A DNA stretch of 64,000 bases. It comes from a virus. A program made the position numbers and the translations under genes. Under the pieces are notes generated by a model, which saw only the letters and a list, made by a program, of their open reading frames with translations, did no database searches and was not told where the DNA came from. This document shows positions 52,664 through 62,760 of the stretch, piece by piece (position 1 is the stretch's first letter; the number at the start of each line of letters is the position of its first letter). The stretch covers positions 64,001-128,000 of IMG/VR virus record IMGVR_UViG_3300035670_000033. One strand, 5' to 3'.

Positions 52664-55600
52664 ATGCCAGCCGAGCGCGTAGTAATTGATATTGAGGTCA
52701 ATTCTGATATCGCGACGATTGAGGCTACCCGTCAAGCCCTTGATCGTTTAACGAACGCACAACGCAGATATAACCGTGAGCGAGACCGAGAACCCCGTGG
52801 TGGGGGTGGCGGTGGCTCAGGTAGTGGGGGCGGTGGCTCTGGTGGTGGTTCTGGTGGCGGTGGCGGACGAGGAGGACGAGGTGGCGGAGGTCGTCGCGGC
52901 AACGGACGCTATGACGGATTCGGTGGACAAGTTTTTGACTTCCGTGGGGACGCAGGAAAAGCAATCGCTAGTTACGGAAAACTTCTTGGGTTGGTTAACA
53001 AACTTTCAATGATTTCTCTTCCGCTTATGGCGGGCGCATTGGGTTTGATAAGTCTCGCTTTTAAGGCTGGGACATATTTTGTGAAAATGTATCAGGCGGC
53101 GATGTCTACGCTTGCCTCAAGTGTTGGTATCGCGTTTGTTGCATTGACAACGTTCTTGGCTGCGCAAAGAGAGTTTTCTGCTGTGCAGAACTCGCCAGCC
53201 TATTATCAGGGCGCGGTAAACACTACCGATAGGTTTGTTGCCGCTGGGCAGGCTCTTTCAATGTTCACAGACAACACCCAACTTGCTGTAGTTGGGGCGA
53301 AAGGTTTGCAGGCTTCTTTCACAACGCTGAGCAAAGTAAAACCAGTTACTGGTGAAACTGTTGCCGCTTACACATCGTTGATGGATGTTGTTGCTGGTAG
53401 TGGTGGAGACTTGGAGAAGGGTTCACAGAAACTTGCCGACTTCTTGGCGGCTGTGCAAAAGAAGGGTAGTCTTGCTGGTGGTGCTCAAGCCGCCAAAGAG
53501 TTGGGTCCTGATTTTGAAAAGATAGTCAAAGAAGCATCTGCTCTCGGTATTAAAACTAGTGAAGAGTTTTTGAAAGCAGCGGCTGAAGGAAAACTTGGTG
53601 AAACTTTTGCCACCAAATACGCTGGAACATTAGACGCCTTAAACAATACTGTAATGGGTCGTTTCAAGCAGGCTATTACCGCAATCAAGGGGCAACTAAC
53701 CGATCTCGGTGGACAGTACCTCGGTGAAACTGGTGGGGCGATTTCTCGTCTTCAGGGGATTATTTCTAAGGTCATTTCTCGTCTGAATTATGTGCTTCAG
53801 GATTTTGATGTAAGCGGGAAAATGGGTGGTTTTCTTGATGCTGTAGATAAGGGTGCAGACAAGTTAATTGTTTTGATGACCAAGTATCTCAATACAACAC
53901 CTACTCTTTTTCAGTTTTTTGCAAACAGTTTTAACACGATCGGCAATGCGTTTGACGCTATGCAGGATTGGATGAGACAATTCCAAGCCGCTGGCGAACT
54001 TATCAATGAATACTTTTTTAAACCTCTGTTTTCTTCGTTGGGTACGAGTTTCACAACGAGCATGTCAAGTCTTGCTGACACCATTGAAAGAAACAAGGGA
54101 AGTATTGAATCTTTTGCAAATCAAATTGCGAACACCCTTATTGCTATCGGCAAGTATGGCGATGTTGTTCGTCAACTATTCGTGGGGGCGATGCCTGTAT
54201 TGCAACTCCTTTTGAAAGTTGTTGAATTATTTTTCAAAGGGTTAGCAGGTTTCGGCAAGGCTGCTTTGAGTATCGCCAACGCCTTAAAGTCTATTGGTCT
54301 AGGCAAATTAGGCGGTGTAGTCAATGTCGTTGCCTTGTACGCATTGTTCACTATTGCTAAAAGATTTTTTACTGTTCTTGGAACAATGTTTGGGAAAAGA
54401 ATGCCAAATATGAACATTCAGGCTGGTGTGGTAAATGTTAATGGAGGAATCGGTGCAGGTGGTTTGACCCCCAACCAGATGTCGGGTAGGGGCTACATGT
54501 CAGCGAGACAAAGAATGATGTCTATGGGCAGACAAATAAGGGGTGGTGGTTTAGTGAGAGGAGGCAGGGCGGCATTGGCTGGTGTTTCAAAATTTGCCGC
54601 TCCTCTTGCGATCGCTGGTGGTTCATATTTGGCAGGAAGCGCAATCGCTGGACGATTCAATGACGACTCCGTAAAATCTAAAGGAACTTCTGCGCTTGCG
54701 AGCGCGGCGGTCGGCGCTGCTATTGGTGGCGCTATTGGTGGTCCTGTTGGTGCTGGTATCGGTGCGGCTATAGGTGGTTTAACTGGATATCTCAAGGCAG
54801 GAAAACAACGAAAAGAAACACGCAAAGCCGCAGAGGGTCTTTTAGACAATTTCTCAGCAAGCATTGACGAGGCTATCGCTGGCGGAAACGTTGACGACCT
54901 GTTAGCAGCCCGAGATCAACTCATTGCTGATAGAGCAAAACTAATAAACACCAACGCCGATCCAGCGTATGCCGCTAAGGCTGTTGCAAAATATGATGCT
55001 GAGTTTGAAAAGTTGAACTCGCATATAGATAATTACACAAACAATGTTGGTATTTCTGATAAATATTTTGGTATCGGCGCTGAATCTTTGAACAAACTCG
55101 CACTCGCTGCGGGTATTGACCTTAAAGACCGAATGATGAATTTCCGTGAAGTTCTTGACCTTGTTGGTAAAACCGCTGAGGAAAAAGCAAGACTGATAAA
55201 AGTTGCTTGGGCGAACATAGGTTCTTTTGCTGTTAGTGAGGCAATGAGTTACTTTGATAAGAAGGCTCAAGCCAAGGAGCAAGGGAAGCAACTTAACGCT
55301 ACTCAAGCGAGAATTTTGACTGGTGATGTTTCTACTGCGACAAGCGATCAATATCTTAAGCAGATGTTGGATTACAACGTTTCCAAGTTTGGTGATGTTG
55401 GTGGTTTAACTAACGCTTTTGTTACTTTAGAAAAGCAGTTGACCACTGGTAGTTTGAAGGATATTAGTGATACTCAAAAAGAGTATTTGCGCAGTGAATT
55501 AGTTAATGCTGGTGCTACACCTGAGGCATTGTTGAAGAACATTGACGCAACCGAACTGGCAACCCTTGTCAGTGGTAATGGTGGCTTGTCGGCTTTCACT

Positions 55601-56002
55601 AAGTCCGACGGAACAATAGACTCAGCAAGATTAATGAGTATGATTACGAGTAAGGTTTCCACTGATCCAACATTCCTTGCGAACTTTATTGAAGCACAGC
55701 AATCAGCAGATGCTTCGGTTGCCGCTTATCAGACGAACGCGCTTTTAACAACTGGTTCCGTACCAGCATCAATGATTGGCGCTGGTGGGTCAATGTCTCC
55801 AGCGGAAAGAAATGCTAGGGGCATACCTAGCGTTTATACCCCACCAGCAGCAAATGCTATGTCCCCGTCATATGTAAACACTACGATCAACGCTTCTGTT
55901 TTGGATCGTGGAACTATTCAACAAATTGAAGCGGCTATCGCTAAGGCTCTTCGTGAACAAAAAGAGCGCGGTGCACAAGCACCAGTCGCACCGAGATCGT
56001 AG
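52664..56002 (+). CDS. Tape measure protein
   Basis: 1112 aa, Ala/Gly-rich helical, hydrophobic segments and glycine zipper, after the chaperone genes. Confidence 0.85.
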   Translation: MPAERVVIDIEVNSDIATIEATRQALDRLTNAQRRYNRERDREPRGGGGGGSGSGGGGSGGGSGGGGGRGGRGGGGRRGNGRYDGFGGQVFDFRGDAGKAIASYGKLLGLVNKLSMISLPLMAGALGLISLAFKAGTYFVKMYQAAMSTLASSVGIAFVALTTFLAAQREFSAVQNSPAYYQGAVNTTDRFVAAGQALSMFTDNTQLAVVGAKGLQASFTTLSKVKPVTGETVAAYTSLMDVVAGSGGDLEKGSQKLADFLAAVQKKGSLAGGAQAAKELGPDFEKIVKEASALGIKTSEEFLKAAAEGKLGETFATKYAGTLDALNNTVMGRFKQAITAIKGQLTDLGGQYLGETGGAISRLQGIISKVISRLNYVLQDFDVSGKMGGFLDAVDKGADKLIVLMTKYLNTTPTLFQFFANSFNTIGNAFDAMQDWMRQFQAAGELINEYFFKPLFSSLGTSFTTSMSSLADTIERNKGSIESFANQIANTLIAIGKYGDVVRQLFVGAMPVLQLLLKVVELFFKGLAGFGKAALSIANALKSIGLGKLGGVVNVVALYALFTIAKRFFTVLGTMFGKRMPNMNIQAGVVNVNGGIGAGGLTPNQMSGRGYMSARQRMMSMGRQIRGGGLVRGGRAALAGVSKFAAPLAIAGGSYLAGSAIAGRFNDDSVKSKGTSALASAAVGAAIGGAIGGPVGAGIGAAIGGLTGYLKAGKQRKETRKAAEGLLDNFSASIDEAIAGGNVDDLLAARDQLIADRAKLINTNADPAYAAKAVAKYDAEFEKLNSHIDNYTNNVGISDKYFGIGAESLNKLALAAGIDLKDRMMNFREVLDLVGKTAEEKARLIKVAWANIGSFAVSEAMSYFDKKAQAKEQGKQLNATQARILTGDVSTATSDQYLKQMLDYNVSKFGDVGGLTNAFVTLEKQLTTGSLKDISDTQKEYLRSELVNAGATPEALLKNIDATELATLVSGNGGLSAFTKSDGTIDSARLMSMITSKVSTDPTFLANFIEAQQSADASVAAYQTNALLTTGSVPASMIGAGGSMSPAERNARGIPSVYTPPAANAMSPSYVNTTINASVLDRGTIQQIEAAIAKALREQKERGAQAPVAPRS

Positions 56003-56008
56003 GCGGTT

Positions 56009-56815
56009 ATGGCTAATACAGTTACTGTTTGGGTGAGATTAAAGGATCCAACACCAGAGGCTGACCGACTTCAGTCGGCTACACCGGGTGCTTCTCCGCT
56101 TATTCTTCGTATGCGTTCTTCTGATTCTACGACTGAGGAAGATTTTGTTTTTCCTTACAGTCCTAGGGAAATAAATATCGGTAAACTTTCTGACGAAATG
56201 GTTCAGATAGCACGACCGGGTACAACTCCGATTGTTGCGTTTAAGTCACACAATCTTATGACCCTTGATTTTACGGCACTTATTGCACATCCGGGTGATG
56301 GTCTTATTCAGAGTGTTGATTCAGAAATTTTTGCTTTGCGGAGAATGGCTTCAAGTAGCGATAAAGTTTTTCAGTTGCTTAATTACGATATTTTTACACG
56401 AACACCTTATGTTTATCGGAATATGAGTGAAGAGAGAATGAGTGGATTGTTTTTCTCAATCACCGAGATGAGCATTGATGTGACGCGTAGGAATAAAGAA
56501 AATTCAATAACTAGCGCAAATGTGAAGATCAGTTTGGTAGAAAATAGGAACCCTAATATCAATATTGCTCTGATCCCTCCTTTGAAATTTACTCGCGGTA
56601 ATCCTTCATGCAAGGATCCTGCGTATGCAAAAAAGTTTCCGAGAAGGTGTAAAACAACAAAAACTTCAAAAACGACCAACTCTGCCACCAACGAAGCAGA
56701 CACTTCTGCTGGTCAAACACAAAACAAATTTAAGGGCAAATTGGGTCAACTGTGTTTGCAGGCTGATGGAACAGAAAAGTTTATTCAACCGGGTCAACCT
56801 GGGTATTGCGGATAA
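56009..56815 (+). CDS. Tail tube initiator/baseplate hub-proximal protein
   Basis: FPYSPREI...ARPG..P; position after the tape measure. Confidence 0.55.
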   Translation: MANTVTVWVRLKDPTPEADRLQSATPGASPLILRMRSSDSTTEEDFVFPYSPREINIGKLSDEMVQIARPGTTPIVAFKSHNLMTLDFTALIAHPGDGLIQSVDSEIFALRRMASSSDKVFQLLNYDIFTRTPYVYRNMSEERMSGLFFSITEMSIDVTRRNKENSITSANVKISLVENRNPNINIALIPPLKFTRGNPSCKDPAYAKKFPRRCKTTKTSKTTNSATNEADTSAGQTQNKFKGKLGQLCLQADGTEKFIQPGQPGYCG

Positions 56816-57837
56816 TGATTACAGATTCTACGATAAAAATAATCGGGCACTCTCAGGTTGAGGCGGTTCGCCTCATAGCCCAAAGCGTCACCAATATCAC
56901 CGTCAGTTATACGGTTGATGGGGCATCGCAGGTGACAGTGGAACTAGTAGACGAAGATCTAGCCATGTGGAACAACAACTATTTTGCTGTAAGCAATATT
57001 GTTTTATTTAATGATGGGACGGTCACGGAAAGGTACATGATCGCAAGTCATGAAATTTCCAACGGTGAAGGTAGGCATTTTAATATCAAATTAGAGTTAC
57101 GGACAGAGGCAATACAGAAAATGAAGTTGGATAAAAAGCCTCAAGCGTTCAGATCTACAACTGGATACGAGTTTGCCCGAAAGGTAGCCAAAAAGTTTGG
57201 TTTAGAGTTTTTGGGTCAGGAACCCAAGGGTGTTAAAACAACAACCATCAAGGTAAAAACTGACAAAAATCAAGAGTCCGTGTACGACGTTTTGGTTCGT
57301 TCTGCAAAAGATATCCAATATCTTTGTTTCGTGATGTATGCGATACCCGAGGGTAAAACGGTGGCGGTTCCAACATTGTTCTATGGTTCGCCGAACTGGT
57401 TGCTTGGTCGTTGGGGGATAGAAAAAACACCTGCATACACATTCACCACGACAGACGGTAAAAAAGAGGTTCGCCCGCTCTACTACATTCCCCTCAAATA
57501 CCCTAATGATGACAAAATGAACTTTTTCCTGACAGAAGTTCCTGAACTTCGCAGGTCAATGGACAGCCCTAAAGAGTCCGAGGGTTCCGCAAACATATGG
57601 GTTGGGGACAAGTACGAGCAGAATGTCGGAAGCGCCTACAATATAAGGGCAGGGATGACTGTCGTTATATACGGCATCAAAGGGTTTGACCAAACAGCAT
57701 ATTTGATCACTTCGGTTCAATATTTGTACGGTCAGCCTGAACCCGTAAAGATCAGTTTTGCTACTTTGGAAAAAATTTCGCCAGAGGACAAAAAGAAGAT
57801 TGATCAAAAAGTTTCAGAAACTATAGTGATTGGATAA
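56815..57837 (+). CDS. Baseplate hub protein (late control D/gp27-like)
   Basis: SQVTVELVD...ESVYDVL...IRAGMTV.I.GI..F...YLITSVQY. Confidence 0.65.
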   Translation: MITDSTIKIIGHSQVEAVRLIAQSVTNITVSYTVDGASQVTVELVDEDLAMWNNNYFAVSNIVLFNDGTVTERYMIASHEISNGEGRHFNIKLELRTEAIQKMKLDKKPQAFRSTTGYEFARKVAKKFGLEFLGQEPKGVKTTTIKVKTDKNQESVYDVLVRSAKDIQYLCFVMYAIPEGKTVAVPTLFYGSPNWLLGRWGIEKTPAYTFTTTDGKKEVRPLYYIPLKYPNDDKMNFFLTEVPELRRSMDSPKESEGSANIWVGDKYEQNVGSAYNIRAGMTVVIYGIKGFDQTAYLITSVQYLYGQPEPVKISFATLEKISPEDKKKIDQKVSETIVIG

Positions 57838-57846
57838 GGCGGAATT

Positions 57847-58260
57847 ATGTCAATAATAGGTGGAGATGCAATAGATCAGATGAGCCGCCCTGACTCGGCT
57901 GCGCCAACATTTGCTGAGTTTTCTTCCATTCATCTTGGGGTTTTGACAGCCAAGAATGATGCTACGAGAACTGGTTTCGTGAAAATTACTGCACTGAACA
58001 CCAACGCTCAACTCGGTCCATACAAGTTCATGGCACCTTTCACTTTCCCTGTCAGCACTGCTGTTGAGCAGACTTTGAACACCACAACAGCAGTCGTTTC
58101 GGGAACATCTGTTGTTACTAGTGCTTCGCTTTCCGAAACCACAACAAACATTTCTGGTTCCTACAGCGCAACATTGTCCTTGCCCGCTGTTGGTGCTCGT
58201 GTCCTTGTTGTACTATTAAACAATTCCCTTGACGAGGGCGTGATTGTTGGGTCTTTATGA
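57847..58260 (+). CDS. Baseplate spike-like protein
   Basis: OB-fold-like N-terminus; LPAVGARVLV...IVG. Confidence 0.6.
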   Translation: MSIIGGDAIDQMSRPDSAAPTFAEFSSIHLGVLTAKNDATRTGFVKITALNTNAQLGPYKFMAPFTFPVSTAVEQTLNTTTAVVSGTSVVTSASLSETTTNISGSYSATLSLPAVGARVLVVLLNNSLDEGVIVGSL

Positions 58261-58559
58261 ACACGATTAGATTACCGATGAAATTCAAACATGAATCATT
58301 TGAGATGGAGACGATAGTTGACCAATCGGATGAGTATTATGCGACGCTCATAGGTTTCGCTGTTCAAATTGAGCCGGGTTCTTTGCCTATTTCAACTTTT
58401 TACGGAACAAAGGATCCAACTTTTGACAGTAAACAAACAAGACAGGTTGGCGTTCAGGTGGGAAACTTAATACCAGAAATACGAATAACTGGTGTTGATG
58501 TTATACCAGACAATAACGGTCAAACAAATCTAACAATCAAATTTGAACGGACATCGTAA
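58257..58559 (+). CDS. Baseplate wedge (gp25-like)
   Basis: 100 aa; PGSLPISTFYG..DP.F...IPEIRI. Confidence 0.65.
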   Translation: MNTIRLPMKFKHESFEMETIVDQSDEYYATLIGFAVQIEPGSLPISTFYGTKDPTFDSKQTRQVGVQVGNLIPEIRITGVDVIPDNNGQTNLTIKFERTS

Positions 58560-58561
58560 TC

Positions 58562-59971
58562 ATGGCTTCACCAAACTTTTTGAATTATGTAAATTTAACC
58601 GTAAACGATAAAGATATTACGGATATCTATGATGATGCGGTTGAATACGCACAGACAGCGATGCCCGAATTCGCTCCTCGTGTCGGTACGGTTGAAAATG
58701 CTTTACTTGAGGCTGTTTCTCATACGACTGGCAGTTTGATCGCGACCATTAACCGTCTTCCCGACGGTTTGATGGAGGGTTTGCTGAATTTGATGGGCTT
58801 TTCTCGCATTGAGGCAACAGCAGCAACTGGAACTGTTGAAATTGAATTATCAGTCAATACTGGAGCGACCATCGTTGCAGGAACGGTTTTCTCGTACGAT
58901 GTTTACGATGGTTCTGGTGTTCTAACACAATATCTTTACGAAACAATTAACGACATCACCATAGAGTCGGGAAGTACTACAGGTTCCGTTTCAGTTATTG
59001 CTTCCGACCCATCTCTATACCCTGACACACCTACACCGTCAGAATTAACTGTTGTTTCTAGCACCCCTTTCATCCTTTCCGCAACACTTACCTCTCTGGC
59101 GAGTGTTGGAACTGATACGGAAACGGATACGGAATATTTTGATCGTGCTGTCACGTTTCTTGGTTCATTGAGTAGTTCAATCACTACCGCCGCACAGTTA
59201 ACAAACTATATTGCAGTAAATTATCCGACCATTAGCAGGTTCAAGGTTTATGACCTAACACAAGCAAAAGAAAATGACATTGTTAATGCTGTCCTCACTT
59301 CAAATGTGGTCACTTTGACAACGAGATATGCCCACGATTTTTCGGTTGGTGATGTAGTTGACGTCGCAGATATGGCTACCGCCACTTACAACGGAACATA
59401 CACGATAACAGCAACACCAACCGCAACGACATTCAGTTATGCACGAACCAATGCTAATATTGCTACAGCAGTAACCACCGTCGGAAGTGTTGTTCTCGGG
59501 AACGGGATGCTATTTGCTACAGCAGATGTCGGTGGCGCGGTAACTATTTCTATGTGTGACTCAACTGGAGCGTCATTGTCAACCGCCCAAAAATTGATTG
59601 TTGAACAAGATATTGAATCCCGTGTTGTCGCTGGTCTTATAGTTCACCTTCACGACATGAACACGTTTGATGTAACCGTTAACGCAAGTATTGTCGTTGA
59701 ACCAAACTACTCAACTTCAGACGTCGGAGCATCCGTATCGGAAGCGATAGAAAATTACCTTTCCGTAAATGGATGGGATTTCTCAGAGTCAGTAAACCGC
59801 CTATATTTGACTACAATTGCATCAAAAATTGCTGGTGTTAAATATGTTAGTTCAATGACCGCGGCTGTTGTTGGTTCTCCATCTTTTGCGTCAGATAACT
59901 CGGGTGATGTTTCAATACTTGAAAAAGGTGCCATACCGATTGGTGAATGTACGACTGTAGCGACTGCCTGA
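58562..59971 (+). CDS. Baseplate J-like wedge protein with inserted beta domain
   Basis: A.ATGTV...I..GT.F, G.DTETD.EY..R; C-terminal AI..YL...IAGV.YV. Confidence 0.8.
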   Translation: MASPNFLNYVNLTVNDKDITDIYDDAVEYAQTAMPEFAPRVGTVENALLEAVSHTTGSLIATINRLPDGLMEGLLNLMGFSRIEATAATGTVEIELSVNTGATIVAGTVFSYDVYDGSGVLTQYLYETINDITIESGSTTGSVSVIASDPSLYPDTPTPSELTVVSSTPFILSATLTSLASVGTDTETDTEYFDRAVTFLGSLSSSITTAAQLTNYIAVNYPTISRFKVYDLTQAKENDIVNAVLTSNVVTLTTRYAHDFSVGDVVDVADMATATYNGTYTITATPTATTFSYARTNANIATAVTTVGSVVLGNGMLFATADVGGAVTISMCDSTGASLSTAQKLIVEQDIESRVVAGLIVHLHDMNTFDVTVNASIVVEPNYSTSDVGASVSEAIENYLSVNGWDFSESVNRLYLTTIASKIAGVKYVSSMTAAVVGSPSFASDNSGDVSILEKGAIPIGECTTVATA

Positions 59972-59973
59972 TT

Positions 59974-61251
59974 ATGGGGATAATATTCAACTACATTGAT
60001 GAAACAGAGAGAACGTTTCTTGAATCATCAACTTTTATTTCTTCAATAACAGATTTATGGACTTCCGACGGAACCCTATCTGTAGACGCAGTTAACTATC
60101 AAGACTCAAATTATGGGTCTTTGAAACTGTCTCCTACAGCATTGGAGAATTTTGTTTATTACAACAATCACGCTTTGACATCGGATACGCCTTCACAGTT
60201 TTCTATAACACTTTCTCAGGATGCTGGAGATTTCGTTGAAAGTTTCATGTGGGTAAAGCCAACAAAAAACTGCACAATTTACCTAAAAACCGTTTTGTCT
60301 GAAGTTGAATTTGACGAAAATAGTTCAACTTTCTCTTTCATTGACCCATTCAATCAGGTTATTGGAAATGAGGGTTCGTTTGTTGTCGCGCTTGGTGGAG
60401 CAGATGAACCTAGATGGCAATTACTCCGATCTGTTCCTGTACAGGTTCCAGAAAATGGACGATGGTCAATACAGTTACAGTTTCGTGTTGTTTTCTCAAC
60501 CTTAACTGATGCGTATCTAAATATTTCTAGACCTACGGCTCATCAATCTAAAAGAATTTTCTCTAATACATTCTTAAGTCAGTCTTTTGAATATATACCA
60601 GAAATTTTTCTTGAATCAGACTTGGCTGACTTCACGACAAATGAGCCAACATACCCTCTTGCTCGTTTTTTTGATGTTATGACCTCTTCTTCTGATGATA
60701 TTTACGATCAAGTTGTTTCTTTTGAATATCTTGATAGAAGTGAGGGTGGTGACCCCACCAATTTGGCAACCCTGAGTCGTTTCATTGATCCACGAGTGTG
60801 CGACAGTTCGTACCTTTCTTGGATTGCACAGTTCAGAGGGCGACCAATATTGGTGACTTACCAACCTTCAACCGAAGGTGTTGGATGGGAGATTTTCACT
60901 TTGAACTCAAGCCTTCTAGACGGTGATGACGTTCTCGGAAGTGGTGCAACAAACTTGGGAGGTCTCCCCGCTGGAATTGATGCTTTTGCTCGTTGGCAGG
61001 TAGAGACAGGATATTACGGACATAACGCTGGAACCCTTCAGTCCATGGTCAGTGCAATACAAAGAAACTTAACTGGAGACAAAGTTGTCGGATACTCCAT
61101 AAGCCCTAATCAAATAGATTTCACGACAAGTCAAGCAGAAACATTCGGCACGCTACCCGAAGGCGTGGGTACATCAAATGAGGTTATTTTGTCGTTAATT
61201 GAACCAGCAAGACCTTTGGGAATGATTGTCACTCACACATTGACTGCGTGA
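59974..61251 (+). CDS. Baseplate/tail protein (tail I-like C-terminus)
   Basis: DP..CD..YL.WIAQF.G; GT......A; ARPLG..VT; N-terminal carbohydrate-binding-like beta region. Confidence 0.6.
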   Translation: MGIIFNYIDETERTFLESSTFISSITDLWTSDGTLSVDAVNYQDSNYGSLKLSPTALENFVYYNNHALTSDTPSQFSITLSQDAGDFVESFMWVKPTKNCTIYLKTVLSEVEFDENSSTFSFIDPFNQVIGNEGSFVVALGGADEPRWQLLRSVPVQVPENGRWSIQLQFRVVFSTLTDAYLNISRPTAHQSKRIFSNTFLSQSFEYIPEIFLESDLADFTTNEPTYPLARFFDVMTSSSDDIYDQVVSFEYLDRSEGGDPTNLATLSRFIDPRVCDSSYLSWIAQFRGRPILVTYQPSTEGVGWEIFTLNSSLLDGDDVLGSGATNLGGLPAGIDAFARWQVETGYYGHNAGTLQSMVSAIQRNLTGDKVVGYSISPNQIDFTTSQAETFGTLPEGVGTSNEVILSLIEPARPLGMIVTHTLTA

Positions 61252-61288
61252 TGTAGAATATGTAGGTAACTTCAAAATTGGAGGATCC

Positions 61289-61549
61289 ATGGAAGAGGAA
61301 AATTCCCAAAGTTCTGTGGATAAAGAAATTGAGGAACTCCTTCGGGGGGCTTTGCCTCAGGGTCTTGTAACCAATTTTGTTCTTATCGCAGAAGTAGTTT
61401 CCGACTCTCAACAGGAGTTGGTTCTATCCATTTCCGATTCTATGACCCCATGGCTTGCCCAAGGGATGCTTGACACGGCGATGGACATGCTTCGCGCAGG
61501 CGAATACCAATTCCCTATAACGGAGGAAAACAATGGACAAGAATATTAA
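61289..61549 (+). CDS. Hypothetical protein
   Basis: GGAGG SD; TAGAAT -10 at 61254. Confidence 0.55.
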   Translation: MEEENSQSSVDKEIEELLRGALPQGLVTNFVLIAEVVSDSQQELVLSISDSMTPWLAQGMLDTAMDMLRAGEYQFPITEENNGQEY

Positions 61550-61775
61550 AGCAAACGTAAGTGATCAGGCTGTCAAGGGTGCCCTTTTAGGTGGTCTTGG
61601 ATATTTGGCAAATAAGTGGGGTGTTTCGGCTGAAGTCGTGGCTTTGGTTATGCCTGTAGCCCTTACCGCCCTTGCTTGGGTTTCAACCAAGATTGGTGAC
61701 AAGAACACTACGGCTATTTTCACTGCTGTTACAGCGATTGTTGACGCTCAAGCGAAAAGCAAGAAAAAGGCTTAA
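61533..61775 (+). CDS. Holin-like two-TM protein
   Basis: Two hydrophobic segments and a basic C-terminus (KAKSKKKA). Confidence 0.5.
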   Translation: MDKNIKANVSDQAVKGALLGGLGYLANKWGVSAEVVALVMPVALTALAWVSTKIGDKNTTAIFTAVTAIVDAQAKSKKKA

Positions 61776-61854
61776 CGCTTCAAATCGTCAAGATACAAGT
61801 GTTGTATTCTTGATGGGTGACAGCAGTTTGTGCTGCGTTACGGATTGAGGGCTG

Positions 61855-62205
61855 ATGCTTGCAGGAAAATACAACATGGTATGTGATCAGGGGTCAACCT
61901 TTACGCGTACCATTGAGATCAAAGAAGCAGACGGAACAGTTTTCCCTTTAGCGGGCTACACCGCACGCATGGAAGTACGGCGAACTGTTGACGCCTCTTC
62001 CGCTCTTATAGGTTTATCTACCGCTAATGGGCGTATAGTGATAAACGCTTCTCTTGGGGCTTTAACAATAACCCTCACACCTGACCTCACCGCATCCCTT
62101 ACACAGAGCGGTGTTTACGACCTAGAGATCGTTCACACCGCCACGGGGGCTGTCCATAAGGTGATTAGAGGAGAGTTCAAACTTGAAAAAGAGGTATCAC
62201 GATGA
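61855..62205 (+). CDS. Virion structural beta-sandwich protein (BppU-like)
   Basis: DQGSTFTRTI...GYTARMEVR...GVYDLEI...I.G.F. Confidence 0.6.
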   Translation: MLAGKYNMVCDQGSTFTRTIEIKEADGTVFPLAGYTARMEVRRTVDASSALIGLSTANGRIVINASLGALTITLTPDLTASLTQSGVYDLEIVHTATGAVHKVIRGEFKLEKEVSR

Positions 62206-62399
62206 GTGATCTTTCCACACAGTTGACGATGGGTAACGCAAATTTCAATGTAGTCATAGAGGATCAACGCAACATTGTTGAAATCGGCAACGAAGAACCA
62301 AACATCATTCAGGTTGTTTTACCCGGCGTAGCCGCAAGTTCACGAACAAATGTTTCCTATGGTGAGGGTGTCCCTTGGGAGATAGAGGTGGAAATCTAA
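62202..62399 (+). CDS. Small virion-associated protein
   Basis: 65 aa, coupled to neighbours. Confidence 0.45.
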   Translation: MSDLSTQLTMGNANFNVVIEDQRNIVEIGNEEPNIIQVVLPGVAASSRTNVSYGEGVPWEIEVEI

Positions 62400-62400
62400 T

Positions 62401-62748
62401 ATGCCCGCACAGCCTTCTGATTACGGCAATATTGGAGATATCTATATTGACGTACTCACTGGCGATTTTTATGGTCCTAAAACTTCTGATGGGTGGCCAG
62501 ATACACCGTTTTTTACGGCTTTAACCTCCACAACGGTTGACGCAGCGGTTCTTAACGATCGGCTCATTTTCACACAGGCATCCCCGTCTGCTACATGGAA
62601 CATCACCCATGAATTGGGTGGGAGACCCTCTGTAACCATCGTTGATAGCGCAGGTACGGTCGTTTACGGAGAAGTTGTGTATAATAGCAACACAAGTATT
62701 ACAGCATTTTTTTCAGCACCTTTTTCTGGTTTCGCATATTTGACCTAA
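62401..62748 (+). CDS. Tail-fibre-associated protein
   Basis: GNIGDIYIDVLTGDFYGPK; FTQASPSATWNITHELGGRPSVTIVD. Confidence 0.55.
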   Translation: MPAQPSDYGNIGDIYIDVLTGDFYGPKTSDGWPDTPFFTALTSTTVDAAVLNDRLIFTQASPSATWNITHELGGRPSVTIVDSAGTVVYGEVVYNSNTSITAFFSAPFSGFAYLT

Positions 62749-62760
62749 GGATTTAAAACA

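Noticed and set aside
52780-52910. GGT/GGC-rich tandem repeat
   Set aside because: Simply encodes the poly-Gly linker at the tape measure N-terminus.
49874-59971. Bacterial extracellular contractile injection system or tailocin
   Set aside because: Capsid, portal, terminase and replication genes are present, so this is a full phage.
61533-61775. Complete lysis cassette
   Set aside because: Only a holin-like gene is seen; no endolysin motif was recognised in the window.
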